Below, in pieces: positions 38,352 to 48,057 of a stretch of 64,000 nucleotides of DNA. The notes below the pieces were generated by a model. The model was not told the origin of the DNA. It searched no databases and worked only from the letters and a program-made list of their open reading frames with translations. The position numbers and the translations under genes were made by a program. The first letter of the stretch is position 1; each line of letters starts with the position of its first letter. The DNA comes from Minisyncoccota bacterium (GTDB taxonomy: Bacteria > Patescibacteriota > Minisyncoccia > JBAYJV01): assembly GCA_041664925.1 (NCBI GenBank), contig JBAYJV010000001.1, forward strand, positions 125,845 to 189,844. Reading direction: 5' to 3'.

Positions 38352-39317
38352 ATGCCGAAAAACCTTTTAGTCTCTATTATTATCCCCGCTCACAATGCAG
38401 AGAATTATATTCGAAGAGCGATAGAAAGCGCCCTTAATCAGACATATAAAAATATAGAAATTTTTGTTATTGATGATGGATCAACCGATAACACAGCTAA
38501 AATAATTAAATCCTATAAAGATCCGCGGATAATTTATCTCTATCAAGAAAATGGCGGCCAAGGAAAAGCAAGAAATTATGCTATTAGTAAAAGTACGGGA
38601 AAATATATTACTTTTTTAGATGCCGATGATATTTATCTGCCCGAAAAAGTAGAGCAAGAGGCTAAGTTTTTGATTGCTAATCCGAAATACAAAATTGCTT
38701 ATTGTGATATGTTGCATTTTTATGCTGATAAGCCTGATAAGTTTTTTAGAAAAAAATATCAATACTATTCGGGAGATATTTTGGAAAATTTATTGGATTC
38801 CGTTTTTCTAAATTTGAGTACTGTAATGATTTCTCGAGAACTCTGGAATAATGTAATCAAATCATTAAGCGAAAGGCGATATTATTCAGAAGACTGGGAA
38901 ATGTTTTTAAAAATAGCTGTTAGCGGTTTTTTGTTTGGATATGTCAATAAGGATTTAGTCAAAGTTGAAGTTAGAAGAGATAGTATTACTAGATTAGAAA
39001 ATCAATGGATAGTGAAAGAAAACGCAATAGAAATTTTTAAAAAAATCCTTCCGCAAATTCCTAAAGGAAAATTTGACAGTAAACAAATAAAAAAAATAAT
39101 TAAAAAAATGGAATTCAAACTTGCTATTGCTTATTTGGTGGTCGGAAAGAAAAAAGAATTCTATAAGATTTTTATTTATTTATTAAATCAGCCATTTAGA
39201 ATCTTTCTACAAATTCCAGCAATTGCATTGATTGCAACTCCATCTTTTATTTTAGAACCGCTTCTTAAAAAGGTGTGGTTACTAAATCAAATAAGGAATT
39301 CCCAAAATGAAGAATAA
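38352..39317 (+). CDS. glycosyltransferase family 2
   Basis: VSIIIPAHNAENYI...IDDGSTDNT...FLDADD. Confidence 0.8.
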   Translation: MPKNLLVSIIIPAHNAENYIRRAIESALNQTYKNIEIFVIDDGSTDNTAKIIKSYKDPRIIYLYQENGGQGKARNYAISKSTGKYITFLDADDIYLPEKVEQEAKFLIANPKYKIAYCDMLHFYADKPDKFFRKKYQYYSGDILENLLDSVFLNLSTVMISRELWNNVIKSLSERRYYSEDWEMFLKIAVSGFLFGYVNKDLVKVEVRRDSITRLENQWIVKENAIEIFKKILPQIPKGKFDSKQIKKIIKKMEFKLAIAYLVVGKKKEFYKIFIYLLNQPFRIFLQIPAIALIATPSFILEPLLKKVWLLNQIRNSQNEE

Positions 39318-40347
39318 TAAAAAGCAAAATTCATTGCCCTTAGTCTCGGTTATAATGCCAATTAGAAACGAAGAGAAATATATTAAAGAATGCCTTGAAC
39401 AAATCATTTGCCAGAAATATCCAAAGAATAAAATGGAAATTTTAGTTATTGACGGAATGAGCGAGGATAAAACCAGGGAAATCGTTAATCGTGAATCGAC
39501 AATCGCAAATCGAAAATTCAATATTCATATTCGACTGATTGATAATCCGAAAAAAAATCGATTCCCTGCCCTCAATATCGGAGTTAAAAATGCCAAAGGC
39601 GATTTTATCTTCAGGGTTGACGCAAGAACAATTATTCCTAAAGATTATATTCTCAAATGCGTAACAACTTTACTTGAAACCGGAGCTGATAATGTTGGGG
39701 GTATTCAGAAACCATTGGCAGTAAAGGGGACACAACAAGCCATAGGATTAGCTATGTCACATCCTTTTGGCGTAGGTAACGCTCAGTTTCGCATAGGAAA
39801 AAAAAGTGGCTTCGTGGATAGTGTTTACCTTGGCTGTTTTAGAAAAAGCATTTTCAAAAAAATAGGACTTTTTGATGAAAAATCAGGAATAATCAGTGAG
39901 GATTCAGACATAAACCATCGCATAAGAGTAGCGGGCGGTAGGGTATATTTAAATAAAGATATCATTGCCTATTACTATCCTAGAGATAATTTTAAGGATT
40001 TATGGAAACTTTATTTTAGATATGGTGGTTCTAGGGCAGGAAATTTTTACAAACATGGAACGCTGCGCTTAAGACAGCTTGTTCCTCCAGGATTTCTTGC
40101 AACCATTGTCCTACTTATGTTTTTGTCATTAATAACATTGCTTTTTCTTAAAATTTTATGTACAATCTTGGTAGGATATGCATTGATAGATATTGTTTTC
40201 TCGTTTTGGTTAGCAATAAAAAATAACCGCGCTCCCCTTTTTCTTAAATTACTTATTATTTTTCCCTGTATGCATTTTGCGTGGGCCTTAGGATTTTTTA
40301 AACGCTTATTTCAGGGTCGTAATTATAAAAAAGATTGGCAATACTAA
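39307..40347 (+). CDS. glycosyltransferase family 2 with C-terminal TM helices
   Basis: VSVIMPIRNEEKYI...VIDGMSEDKT, with C-terminal hydrophobic helices. Confidence 0.75.
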   Translation: MKNNKKQNSLPLVSVIMPIRNEEKYIKECLEQIICQKYPKNKMEILVIDGMSEDKTREIVNRESTIANRKFNIHIRLIDNPKKNRFPALNIGVKNAKGDFIFRVDARTIIPKDYILKCVTTLLETGADNVGGIQKPLAVKGTQQAIGLAMSHPFGVGNAQFRIGKKSGFVDSVYLGCFRKSIFKKIGLFDEKSGIISEDSDINHRIRVAGGRVYLNKDIIAYYYPRDNFKDLWKLYFRYGGSRAGNFYKHGTLRLRQLVPPGFLATIVLLMFLSLITLLFLKILCTILVGYALIDIVFSFWLAIKNNRAPLFLKLLIIFPCMHFAWALGFFKRLFQGRNYKKDWQY

Positions 40348-40348
40348 T

Positions 40349-41281
40349 ATGAAAATATTAATTACCGGCGTTGCTGGATTTATTGGCAGCAATCTCAGCA
40401 GTCGCTTAATTAAAGAGAATTTTCAAGTTGTTGGCATTGATAATTTAAGTTATGGCGTTAAGGAACAAATTCCCAAGGGCGTTGATTTTTATAAATTAGA
40501 TATCCGATCAAAAAAAATCTATCCCCTATTTAAAAATGTTGATTTTGTTTTTCACTTAGCGGCAAAAAATTGCATTGCAGATTGCCAAAACGACCCCGTT
40601 GAAACTTCAGATATTAACGTTGCAGGAACTGTTAATGTTTTTGAAGCAGCAAAGAAAGCAAAAGTAAAAAAAGTTATTTATGCTGAATCTTCTGCAATTT
40701 ATGAAGGGAGCAGAATTTATCCCACCCCAGAAACAGAAGAAAAACCAGAAAGTTTTTATGCTATTAGCAAGCTATCGTCAATGCTCTTCGCTAAAGCCTA
40801 TCAAAGATATTTTGGTCTTTCTTCAACCGCTTTGCGCTATTTCTGTGTCTATGGCCCAAGACAGGATTATCGCAGAACCATTCCTCCTATAATGAGTGCC
40901 TTTATCATCAGATTATTAAAAGGGAAAGCACCAGTCATTTATGGCGATGGTACAAAAAAAAGAGATTTTGTTTATGTTGATGATGTGAACGATTTTCATC
41001 TTTTATGCCTTAAGGATAAGCGAACCGATAATAAGGTTTTTAATATAGGCAGTGGAGAAAATTATTCAGTTTTAGAAATTTATCACCTGATTAGTAAGCT
41101 TTTAGATATTAAGATAAAACCGAATTTCAAACCGAACCTTCCCGGTGAGGCCCAAAAAACATTAGCAGACATCTCGTTGGCAGAAAAAATTGGTTGGAAA
41201 CCAAAAACCAGTATCGAAACAGGTCTTTGGGAGATGATTAAATATATTAAAGAAGAAATTAAGAATGGTAATATTAAATAA
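40349..41281 (+). CDS. NAD-dependent epimerase/dehydratase (GalE-like)
   Basis: MKILITGVAGFIGSNL with YAISK as the catalytic YxxxK. Confidence 0.7.
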   Translation: MKILITGVAGFIGSNLSSRLIKENFQVVGIDNLSYGVKEQIPKGVDFYKLDIRSKKIYPLFKNVDFVFHLAAKNCIADCQNDPVETSDINVAGTVNVFEAAKKAKVKKVIYAESSAIYEGSRIYPTPETEEKPESFYAISKLSSMLFAKAYQRYFGLSSTALRYFCVYGPRQDYRRTIPPIMSAFIIRLLKGKAPVIYGDGTKKRDFVYVDDVNDFHLLCLKDKRTDNKVFNIGSGENYSVLEIYHLISKLLDIKIKPNFKPNLPGEAQKTLADISLAEKIGWKPKTSIETGLWEMIKYIKEEIKNGNIK

Positions 41282-41995
41282 ATGAAAGTAATTCTCCTTG
41301 CTGCCGGTAAAAGCACTAGATTAAAAAAAATTACCGAAAATATTCCCAAGCCAATGTTAAGGGTTGGAAATGAAATTGTTCTTGAACATAATATTTTCTG
41401 GCTTAAAAAATACGGCATTTACGATATTTATATTAACCTTCATTATCTTCCCAAAGTTATTAAAGACTACTTCGGCAATGGTAAGAAATTGGGTATTAAA
41501 ATAAAGTATTCATACGAGAAAGAAATTTTAGGAACCGCCGGAGGAATAAAAAAAATAATTGATAGATATAAAAAAGATAATTGGAAAAGTGATTTCTTGG
41601 TAGTCTACGGTGATAGTTTCTATCCCATTGATTATGATTTAAAAAAAATCATTGCCTTTCATAAAAAGAAAAAGGGTATTGCCACAATTGGTTTTTATCA
41701 CAAAAAAAGTGAAATTTGGAAAAGTGGTATTGCGGTTTTGGATGAGAATAAGCGCATTAATAATTTTATTGAAAAACCAAATCCAAAAGAAATAAAAAGC
41801 GATTTAGTCAACACAGGAATTTATATATTTAGTTCAGGAATCATAAATTATTTACCTAAGAGTTTTTCTGATTTTGGGAAAGATATTTTTCCAACGCTGC
41901 TCAAAAAAAATATCCCCATTTATGGATATGTTTTTAGGCAAGATTTAATACCTATTGATACGCCTGAACTTTACCTTAGAGCACAAAAACTATGA
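41282..41995 (+). CDS. hddC: sugar-1-phosphate nucleotidyltransferase, probable D-glycero-alpha-D-manno-heptose 1-phosphate guanylyltransferase
   Basis: MKVILLAAGKSTRL. It lies immediately upstream of and overlaps the heptose 7-phosphate kinase gene. Confidence 0.55.
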   Translation: MKVILLAAGKSTRLKKITENIPKPMLRVGNEIVLEHNIFWLKKYGIYDIYINLHYLPKVIKDYFGNGKKLGIKIKYSYEKEILGTAGGIKKIIDRYKKDNWKSDFLVVYGDSFYPIDYDLKKIIAFHKKKKGIATIGFYHKKSEIWKSGIAVLDENKRINNFIEKPNPKEIKSDLVNTGIYIFSSGIINYLPKSFSDFGKDIFPTLLKKNIPIYGYVFRQDLIPIDTPELYLRAQKL

Positions 41996-42993
41996 TTATT
42001 ACTCGTACGCCATTTAGGTTTACATTAGGAGGAGGAGGCACTGATTTGCCAGCATATTATTCAAAGTATGGTGGTTTTATTTTTTCTGCTGGCATAAACA
42101 AGTATATGTTTATCAACATTAATCAGCCGGTAGCCGACGATCTAATTAGAATTAAATATGATGATTCAGAGACAGTCAAAAGCCTTGATTTGGTTAGGCA
42201 CGATATCGCTAGAGAGGCACTTCGCATGATGCATATCAAAAATAATATAGATATCGCTTCTATGGCTGATATTCCTGGAGGTACCGGACTAGGCTCTTCA
42301 AGTTGTTACGCTGTCGGATTATTAAATGGACTTCACGCCATAAAAAAACAAAAAATCTCGCGCAGACAATTAGCTGAAAAAGCCTGTAAGCTAGAAATCG
42401 ACATTCTTAAAAAACCCATTGGGAAACAAGATCAATATATAGCTACCTTTGGAGGATTGACCGTTTTAGACATTGATAAAAAGGGTAAGGTAAAAGTTAG
42501 GTCAGCAAAACTTTCTGATGAAACTATTGAAAATTTGAATCGCAATCTTTTAATGTTTTATACTAATACTTCAAGGGACGCTAATGTAATTCTTGCTGAA
42601 CAAAGCCATGGAGCTAAGCAAGAACAAAAAAATGTTATAGAAAGTATGCACTATATAAAAGAAATCGGTTATAAGATCCTTAAAGCGGCTGAAAGTGGTA
42701 ATATCACTGACATCGGTGTTTTATTTGATAAGCACTGGCAGCACAAAAAGAAAATATCTTCAAAAATGTCTAATCCTAGATTTGATAAGATATATAATAT
42801 TGCTAAAGAAAACGGTGCGCTGGGTGGAAAAATTTTGGGAGCTGGGGGTGGTGGATTTTTTATCTTTTATATCGAAAAGAAACAATCAGAATTCCGTAAA
42901 GTTATAAAAGAATTGGGACTTCGGGAAATGGAATATGCTTTTGATTTTGAGGGCACAAAAGTATTGGCAAATTTTGAGAATATTAAAAAGTAG
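41992..42993 (+). CDS. hddA: GHMP kinase, probable D-glycero-alpha-D-manno-heptose 7-phosphate kinase
   Basis: IITRTPFRFTLGGGGTDLP and PGGTGLGSSS GHMP motifs. Size and N-terminus match HddA. Confidence 0.6.
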   Translation: MIITRTPFRFTLGGGGTDLPAYYSKYGGFIFSAGINKYMFININQPVADDLIRIKYDDSETVKSLDLVRHDIAREALRMMHIKNNIDIASMADIPGGTGLGSSSCYAVGLLNGLHAIKKQKISRRQLAEKACKLEIDILKKPIGKQDQYIATFGGLTVLDIDKKGKVKVRSAKLSDETIENLNRNLLMFYTNTSRDANVILAEQSHGAKQEQKNVIESMHYIKEIGYKILKAAESGNITDIGVLFDKHWQHKKKISSKMSNPRFDKIYNIAKENGALGGKILGAGGGGFFIFYIEKKQSEFRKVIKELGLREMEYAFDFEGTKVLANFENIKK

Positions 42994-42997
42994 ATAT

Positions 42998-44311
42998 ATG
43001 ACAATTCGAAAAAAGAAAATTGGAATAATTGGCCTTTGGCATCTCGGTTGCGTAGTTGCCTCTTCTCTTGCCGATGCCGAACACAACGTTATCGGCACTG
43101 ATTTTGATCAAAAAATATTAGAAGACTTAAAAAACAAAAAATCGCCAATTCAGGAACCTGGATTAGAAGAGTTACTTAATAAAAATATTAAAAAAGGCAC
43201 CCTTGTTTTAACAAATTCTTTTCAACAAGCAATAACTGATGTTGATTTTATATTAATAGCTTTTGATACTCCAGTAGACAGCAACGATAGACTGGATTTA
43301 TCGCCTATTTATAAAGCATGCAATTTGATTGCTAAATATGCTCCTAAAAAATTTACATTGGTGATTATGAGTCAAATACCAGTTGGCACTTCGAGAGAAC
43401 TTAAAAAAATAATTTTAAACAAAAACAAAAAGTTATCTTTCGATATCATTTATAGTCCTGAAAATCTTAGATTGGGCGAGGCACTAAAAGGGTTTGCTAA
43501 TCCAGAAAGAATTATTATCGGACTTGAGAAACACAGCATAAAGCAGAAAGCAGAAGAATTGTTTTCTTTTATAAAAGCGCCGAAAATTTATATGGACATA
43601 GAAAGCGCTGAAATGACAAAACATGCTATTAATACATATTTGGCAACTTCTATCAGCTTCATTAATGAATTAGCAAATTTGTCTGAGGTTCTGGGCGTTG
43701 ACATTAAAAAAGTAATAGAGGGAATGAAAAGCGATAGTCGGATCGGAAAACGTGCATTTTTGAATCCAGGATTAGGTTTTTCTGGAGGAACGCTCGGTCG
43801 AGATATTCAAGTCTTGAGAAATTTTGGGAAAAAACTTGAAATTAAGACCGGCCTTATGGATGCTGTGCTAAAAATTAATAAAAGTAGACAAGAAATGCTA
43901 TTTAAAAAAATTAATAACATTTTCTCTTCCCTTTCTGGGCTAAATATTGGATTACTTGGGCTCACTTATAAGGCGGGAACTAATACTTTGCGACGATCGG
44001 TCGCCATAGAAGTAGCTCGAAAATTAATCAGTAGAGGCGTCAATGTTAGCGCTTTTGATCCAATGATTAGTGAAAAAGTTAATACTATTAAAAAATTAAA
44101 AATTTCAAAAAGTCCATACGAAATTGCCAATGACGCAGATGCATTGATATTAATGACAGATTGGCCAGAATTTAGAAAACTAGATTTTGTTAAGATAAGA
44201 AAAATCATGAAAAAAGTAATTATTATCGATATGAAAAATTTTCTAGATACTGACATGCTTAAAAAATTATCTTTTGACTATTACGGTGTGGGCATAAAAA
44301 ACATTTCATAA
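42998..44311 (+). CDS. nucleotide-sugar dehydrogenase (UDP-glucose/GDP-mannose dehydrogenase family)
   Basis: IGIIGLWHLGCVVA Rossmann fold. The start was set at the internal ATG (MTIRKKKIGIIG). Confidence 0.7.
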   Translation: MTIRKKKIGIIGLWHLGCVVASSLADAEHNVIGTDFDQKILEDLKNKKSPIQEPGLEELLNKNIKKGTLVLTNSFQQAITDVDFILIAFDTPVDSNDRLDLSPIYKACNLIAKYAPKKFTLVIMSQIPVGTSRELKKIILNKNKKLSFDIIYSPENLRLGEALKGFANPERIIIGLEKHSIKQKAEELFSFIKAPKIYMDIESAEMTKHAINTYLATSISFINELANLSEVLGVDIKKVIEGMKSDSRIGKRAFLNPGLGFSGGTLGRDIQVLRNFGKKLEIKTGLMDAVLKINKSRQEMLFKKINNIFSSLSGLNIGLLGLTYKAGTNTLRRSVAIEVARKLISRGVNVSAFDPMISEKVNTIKKLKISKSPYEIANDADALILMTDWPEFRKLDFVKIRKIMKKVIIIDMKNFLDTDMLKKLSFDYYGVGIKNIS

Positions 44312-44321
44312 AAATAAACTC

Positions 44322-45191
44322 ATGATTTTACTTAAAAATAATTCTACGAATTTAAAGAATAAAGTAGCTGTGATTACGGGAGGCACAGGTGGCATAGGAA
44401 GTGTTATTGCATTACTCTTTGTCAAAGAAGGTGCAAAAGTAATTATTATTGATGTTGATAAAAAAAGAATTGATGCTTTAGTTAAAAAAATAGGAAACGA
44501 ATCTATCGGTATAAAAATAGATGTTCGTAATCCTTCCCAAATAAAAAAGGCTGTGAGCGAAATCGTAAGAAAGTTCAAAAAAATTGATATTCTGATAAAT
44601 GCCGCAGGAGTACAAGGACCAATCGGTCTTCTCGTTGATGCCGATTTAGATAATTGGACTAATAACATTAAAATTAATTTATTTGGAACTGTTAATTTTT
44701 GTAAAGCAGTCTTACCCTTGATGATAAAAAAGAAGGGCGGTAGGATTATTAATTTTTCAGGAGGCGGTGCAACATTTTCCAGGCCACATTTTTCTGCTTA
44801 TGCTGTTTCAAAAATTGCTGTAGTAAAATTTTCAGAAATTTTAGCTGATGAGGTAAAAAAGTATAATATCTATGTCAATGCTATTGCTCCAGGAGGAATA
44901 AATACAAATATGCTAAAAGAGGTTTTGCAGCAAAGAAAATCTGCAGGCGAAGAAGAATTTAAAAAAGCTCAAGAAAGAAAGAAAGATGGCGGTACTCCTC
45001 CGGAATTAGTTGCCGAATTGGTATTATTCTTGGCTTCTGAAAAATCACACAATCTTACAGGAAAACTCATAAGCGCCCCTTGGGATAATTGGAAAAAGTG
45101 GAGTAAAAATGATATAATCCAAATTAATAAAACTACAAAATACACTTTGAAAAGAATAGATAATAAAAATTTTAAAGAAATTAAAATATGA
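44322..45191 (+). CDS. SDR-family oxidoreductase
   Basis: VAVITGGTGGIGS and YAVSK catalytic motif. Confidence 0.7.
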   Translation: MILLKNNSTNLKNKVAVITGGTGGIGSVIALLFVKEGAKVIIIDVDKKRIDALVKKIGNESIGIKIDVRNPSQIKKAVSEIVRKFKKIDILINAAGVQGPIGLLVDADLDNWTNNIKINLFGTVNFCKAVLPLMIKKKGGRIINFSGGGATFSRPHFSAYAVSKIAVVKFSEILADEVKKYNIYVNAIAPGGINTNMLKEVLQQRKSAGEEEFKKAQERKKDGGTPPELVAELVLFLASEKSHNLTGKLISAPWDNWKKWSKNDIIQINKTTKYTLKRIDNKNFKEIKI

Positions 45192-46183
45192 ATATAGGAA
45201 TCATTGGCGCTGGACTCATTGGCAATAAACGCGCACAAACTATAGAAGAAATTGGAAAAGATGTGATCGTTGCCATTGCTGATATTGAAAAAAATAAAGC
45301 GATAGAATTTTCAAGAAAATACCAGTGTCGAGCGCTAGACAAATGGCAAAAAATGGTTAAGATGGACGGTATTGATGCTATTATTATTGCTGTTCCCAAT
45401 AAATGGGTTGCGCCAATAGCAATTGAAGCTTTAAAACAAAAAAAGCATATTCTCTGCGAAAAACCATTTGGAAGAAACGCCAGTGAGTCGAAGCAAATTT
45501 TAGAAACAGCTAAACGAAATAAATGTTTAGTTAAGGTTGGTTTTAATCATCGTTTCCATCCAGCAATTTGGAAAGCAAAAGAAATCATTAATAAAAATAA
45601 AATTGGAAAGGTAATTTTTATTAGAGCTCGTTATGGACATGGTGGAAGATTGGGAATGGAAAAAGAATGGAGAGCGAACAAAAATATTTCCGGTGGCGGA
45701 GAACTTTTAGATCAAGGCGTTCATTTAATTGATCTTGCAAGATGGTTTGCTGGAGAAATTAGAGAGGTTTTTGGTGTCGTAGAAACTAAATTCTGGGACA
45801 TGAAAGTTGAAGACAATGCCTTTGTGATTATGAAAAATGATGATGTAACTGTGGAGTTTCATGTTAGCTGGACTAATTGGAAAAATATTTTTTCTTTTGA
45901 AATTTTTGGAGAAAAAGGTTTTTTACAAATTGAAGGATTGGGTGGAAGTTATGGAAAAGAAAAACTAATCTTTGGGGAACGAAATCTAGGCTTTGGCATT
46001 CCAAAGATTCAAGAATTTGAATTTGAAAAAGACCTAAGCTGGCAAGAAGAATGGAAAAACTTTCGATCAGCGGTTTTAAAAAAAGAAAAAATGATTGGTG
46101 ATGGCAATGACGGACTCAAGGCAAATCAAATTGTTGAAGCAATTTATCAATCAAGTAAGATTAAAAAAATCGTCAGTCCATGA
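45188..46183 (+). CDS. Gfo/Idh/MocA-family oxidoreductase
   Basis: MNIGIIGAGLIGNKRA with an EKP motif. Confidence 0.7.
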   Translation: MNIGIIGAGLIGNKRAQTIEEIGKDVIVAIADIEKNKAIEFSRKYQCRALDKWQKMVKMDGIDAIIIAVPNKWVAPIAIEALKQKKHILCEKPFGRNASESKQILETAKRNKCLVKVGFNHRFHPAIWKAKEIINKNKIGKVIFIRARYGHGGRLGMEKEWRANKNISGGGELLDQGVHLIDLARWFAGEIREVFGVVETKFWDMKVEDNAFVIMKNDDVTVEFHVSWTNWKNIFSFEIFGEKGFLQIEGLGGSYGKEKLIFGERNLGFGIPKIQEFEFEKDLSWQEEWKNFRSAVLKKEKMIGDGNDGLKANQIVEAIYQSSKIKKIVSP

Positions 46184-46704
46184 AAAGCACCAGAGCAATT
46201 TTTTTAGACAGAGACGGGATCATTAATGATTTAGTTTTCAGGGATAACGGGTTTTTTTCTCCTAGAGTTTTCAGTGATTTTAAGCTTAAAAGAGGCATAA
46301 AAAAATTCTCACAAAAAACTAAGAGCCTTGGTTTTTTAACAATCGTTGTGACCAATCAACCGGACATAGAAAGAAAATTAATGAAAGTAAGTGAACTTGA
46401 AAAAATGCACAGTGTAATTATGGAAAATCTATCAGTTGACGAAATCGTGACTTGTCCGCATGATGATAAAAATAATTGTTTGTGCAGAAAACCAAAACCC
46501 GGAATGATAAAAGATATGTCAAAAAAATGGCATATAGATTTAAAAAAATCTTTTATCATCGGAGACAGCTGGAAAGATGTTGAAGCTGGTAAGCAGGCTG
46601 GTTGCAAAACTATTTTTTTGAAAACTGATTATAATAAAAAAGAAGAGATTTTCCCCGACTTTAAGGTCTCCTCTTTTAGAGAAATTATTGATATCATTAA
46701 ATAA
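46180..46704 (+). CDS. gmhB: D,D-heptose 1,7-bisphosphate phosphatase (HAD-IIIA)
   Basis: FLDRDGIIN motif I and a CPHDDKNNCLCRKPKPGM Zn-binding insertion typical of GmhB. Confidence 0.65.
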   Translation: MKSTRAIFLDRDGIINDLVFRDNGFFSPRVFSDFKLKRGIKKFSQKTKSLGFLTIVVTNQPDIERKLMKVSELEKMHSVIMENLSVDEIVTCPHDDKNNCLCRKPKPGMIKDMSKKWHIDLKKSFIIGDSWKDVEAGKQAGCKTIFLKTDYNKKEEIFPDFKVSSFREIIDIIK

Positions 46705-46727
46705 AGTTTTATTTATTTATAATTTAC

Positions 46728-47447
46728 ATGAAACAAAAGTTAAAACTTCCTAAAATTAAAATTTTTTCTGATGGTGCTTGTAGGGCAGACATTCTGAAAC
46801 AAGCAAAAATTCCTCTAGTAAAAGGGTTCACAACTAATCCGTCATTAATGAGAAAATCTGGTATTACAGATTATGAAAAATTCGCTAAAGACATTCTAAG
46901 GTTTGTTAAAACCAAGCCGATCTCCTTTGAGGTATTCTCTGATGACTTCAGCGAGATGGAACGACAAGCCAGAGAGATTGCTTCATGGGGAAAAAACGTT
47001 TATATAAAAATTCCAATAACCAACACTAAGGGAAAATCATCATTTAACCTAGTTAAAAAACTTTCTTACGACAATATTAAGATCAATGTAACCGCCGTAA
47101 TGACATTGGGACAAGTTAAAAATATTGTTAAGGCATTGAACCCCAAAACACCAAGCATTGTCTCGGTGTTTGCCGGCAGGATCGCTGATACTGGAGTAAA
47201 TCCAATTCCAACAATGAGAGCGGCTGCAAAGCTTCTATCAAAACTTCCCAAAGCCGAGCTTCTCTGGGCCAGCCCCAGACAACCACTTGATGTGTTTTTA
47301 GCAGCACAGGCTAAATGTGACATCATCACAGTTTTTCCAGAAATAATAGGAAGATTTGATAGAATTGGCAAAGACTTAAAGGAATATTCTCTTGAAACTG
47401 TTAAAATGTTTTATGAAGACGCAAGGACAGCCGGATACAAGTTGTGA
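46728..47447 (+). CDS. tal: transaldolase / fructose-6-phosphate aldolase family (short TalC/FSA type)
   Basis: IFSDGA...GFTTNPSLM matches the TAL/FSA signature (GVTTNPS). About 239 aa. Confidence 0.65.
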   Translation: MKQKLKLPKIKIFSDGACRADILKQAKIPLVKGFTTNPSLMRKSGITDYEKFAKDILRFVKTKPISFEVFSDDFSEMERQAREIASWGKNVYIKIPITNTKGKSSFNLVKKLSYDNIKINVTAVMTLGQVKNIVKALNPKTPSIVSVFAGRIADTGVNPIPTMRAAAKLLSKLPKAELLWASPRQPLDVFLAAQAKCDIITVFPEIIGRFDRIGKDLKEYSLETVKMFYEDARTAGYKL

Positions 47448-48031
47448 TACCAAAGTCTATGATAAGCAAACAAAAAAAATACATTGATAGATATCTAAAG
47501 GAGGTAAGGGTAATTATAGAACTTATTGATAGAGAAAAAATTATTGAGATAATTGATGTCTTGGAAAAAATCAGAGAAAAAAAAGGTAGAATTTTTGTTT
47601 TGGGAATTGGTGGTTCTTCAGCTAATGCTTCTCATGCCGTAAATGATTTCAGAAAGATTTGTGGTATCGAAAGTTACACTCCAACCGATAATGTTGCAGA
47701 ACTGACTGCTTGGACAAATGATAATGGTTTTGAATATATATTTATAAAATGGCTTCAGTGTTCTCATTTCAATAAAAATGATGCATTAGTTATTTTATCT
47801 GTCGGAGGTGGCAGTCAAACAACTTCTCAAAACTTAGTTTTGGCAATGCGTTATGCTAAAAAACTTGGAGCTAAAATTGTCGGCATAGTTAGTCGTGATG
47901 GTGGAGAGACAAGGAAACTTGCTGATGCCTGCGTTATCATTCCCCCACTTGTTCATGAGCGCATCACTCCCCACGCAGAAGAGTGGCAAGGTATAATTCT
48001 TCACTTAATCGCAAATGCACTTGTTTCTTAG
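47444..48031 (+). CDS. gmhA: SIS-domain sedoheptulose-7-phosphate isomerase
   Basis: IFVLGIGGSSANASHAVNDF and SVGGGS motifs. Confidence 0.65.
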   Translation: MIPKSMISKQKKYIDRYLKEVRVIIELIDREKIIEIIDVLEKIREKKGRIFVLGIGGSSANASHAVNDFRKICGIESYTPTDNVAELTAWTNDNGFEYIFIKWLQCSHFNKNDALVILSVGGGSQTTSQNLVLAMRYAKKLGAKIVGIVSRDGGETRKLADACVIIPPLVHERITPHAEEWQGIILHLIANALVS

Positions 48032-48057
48032 TTATATTATATTTGTGTTTTGATTTT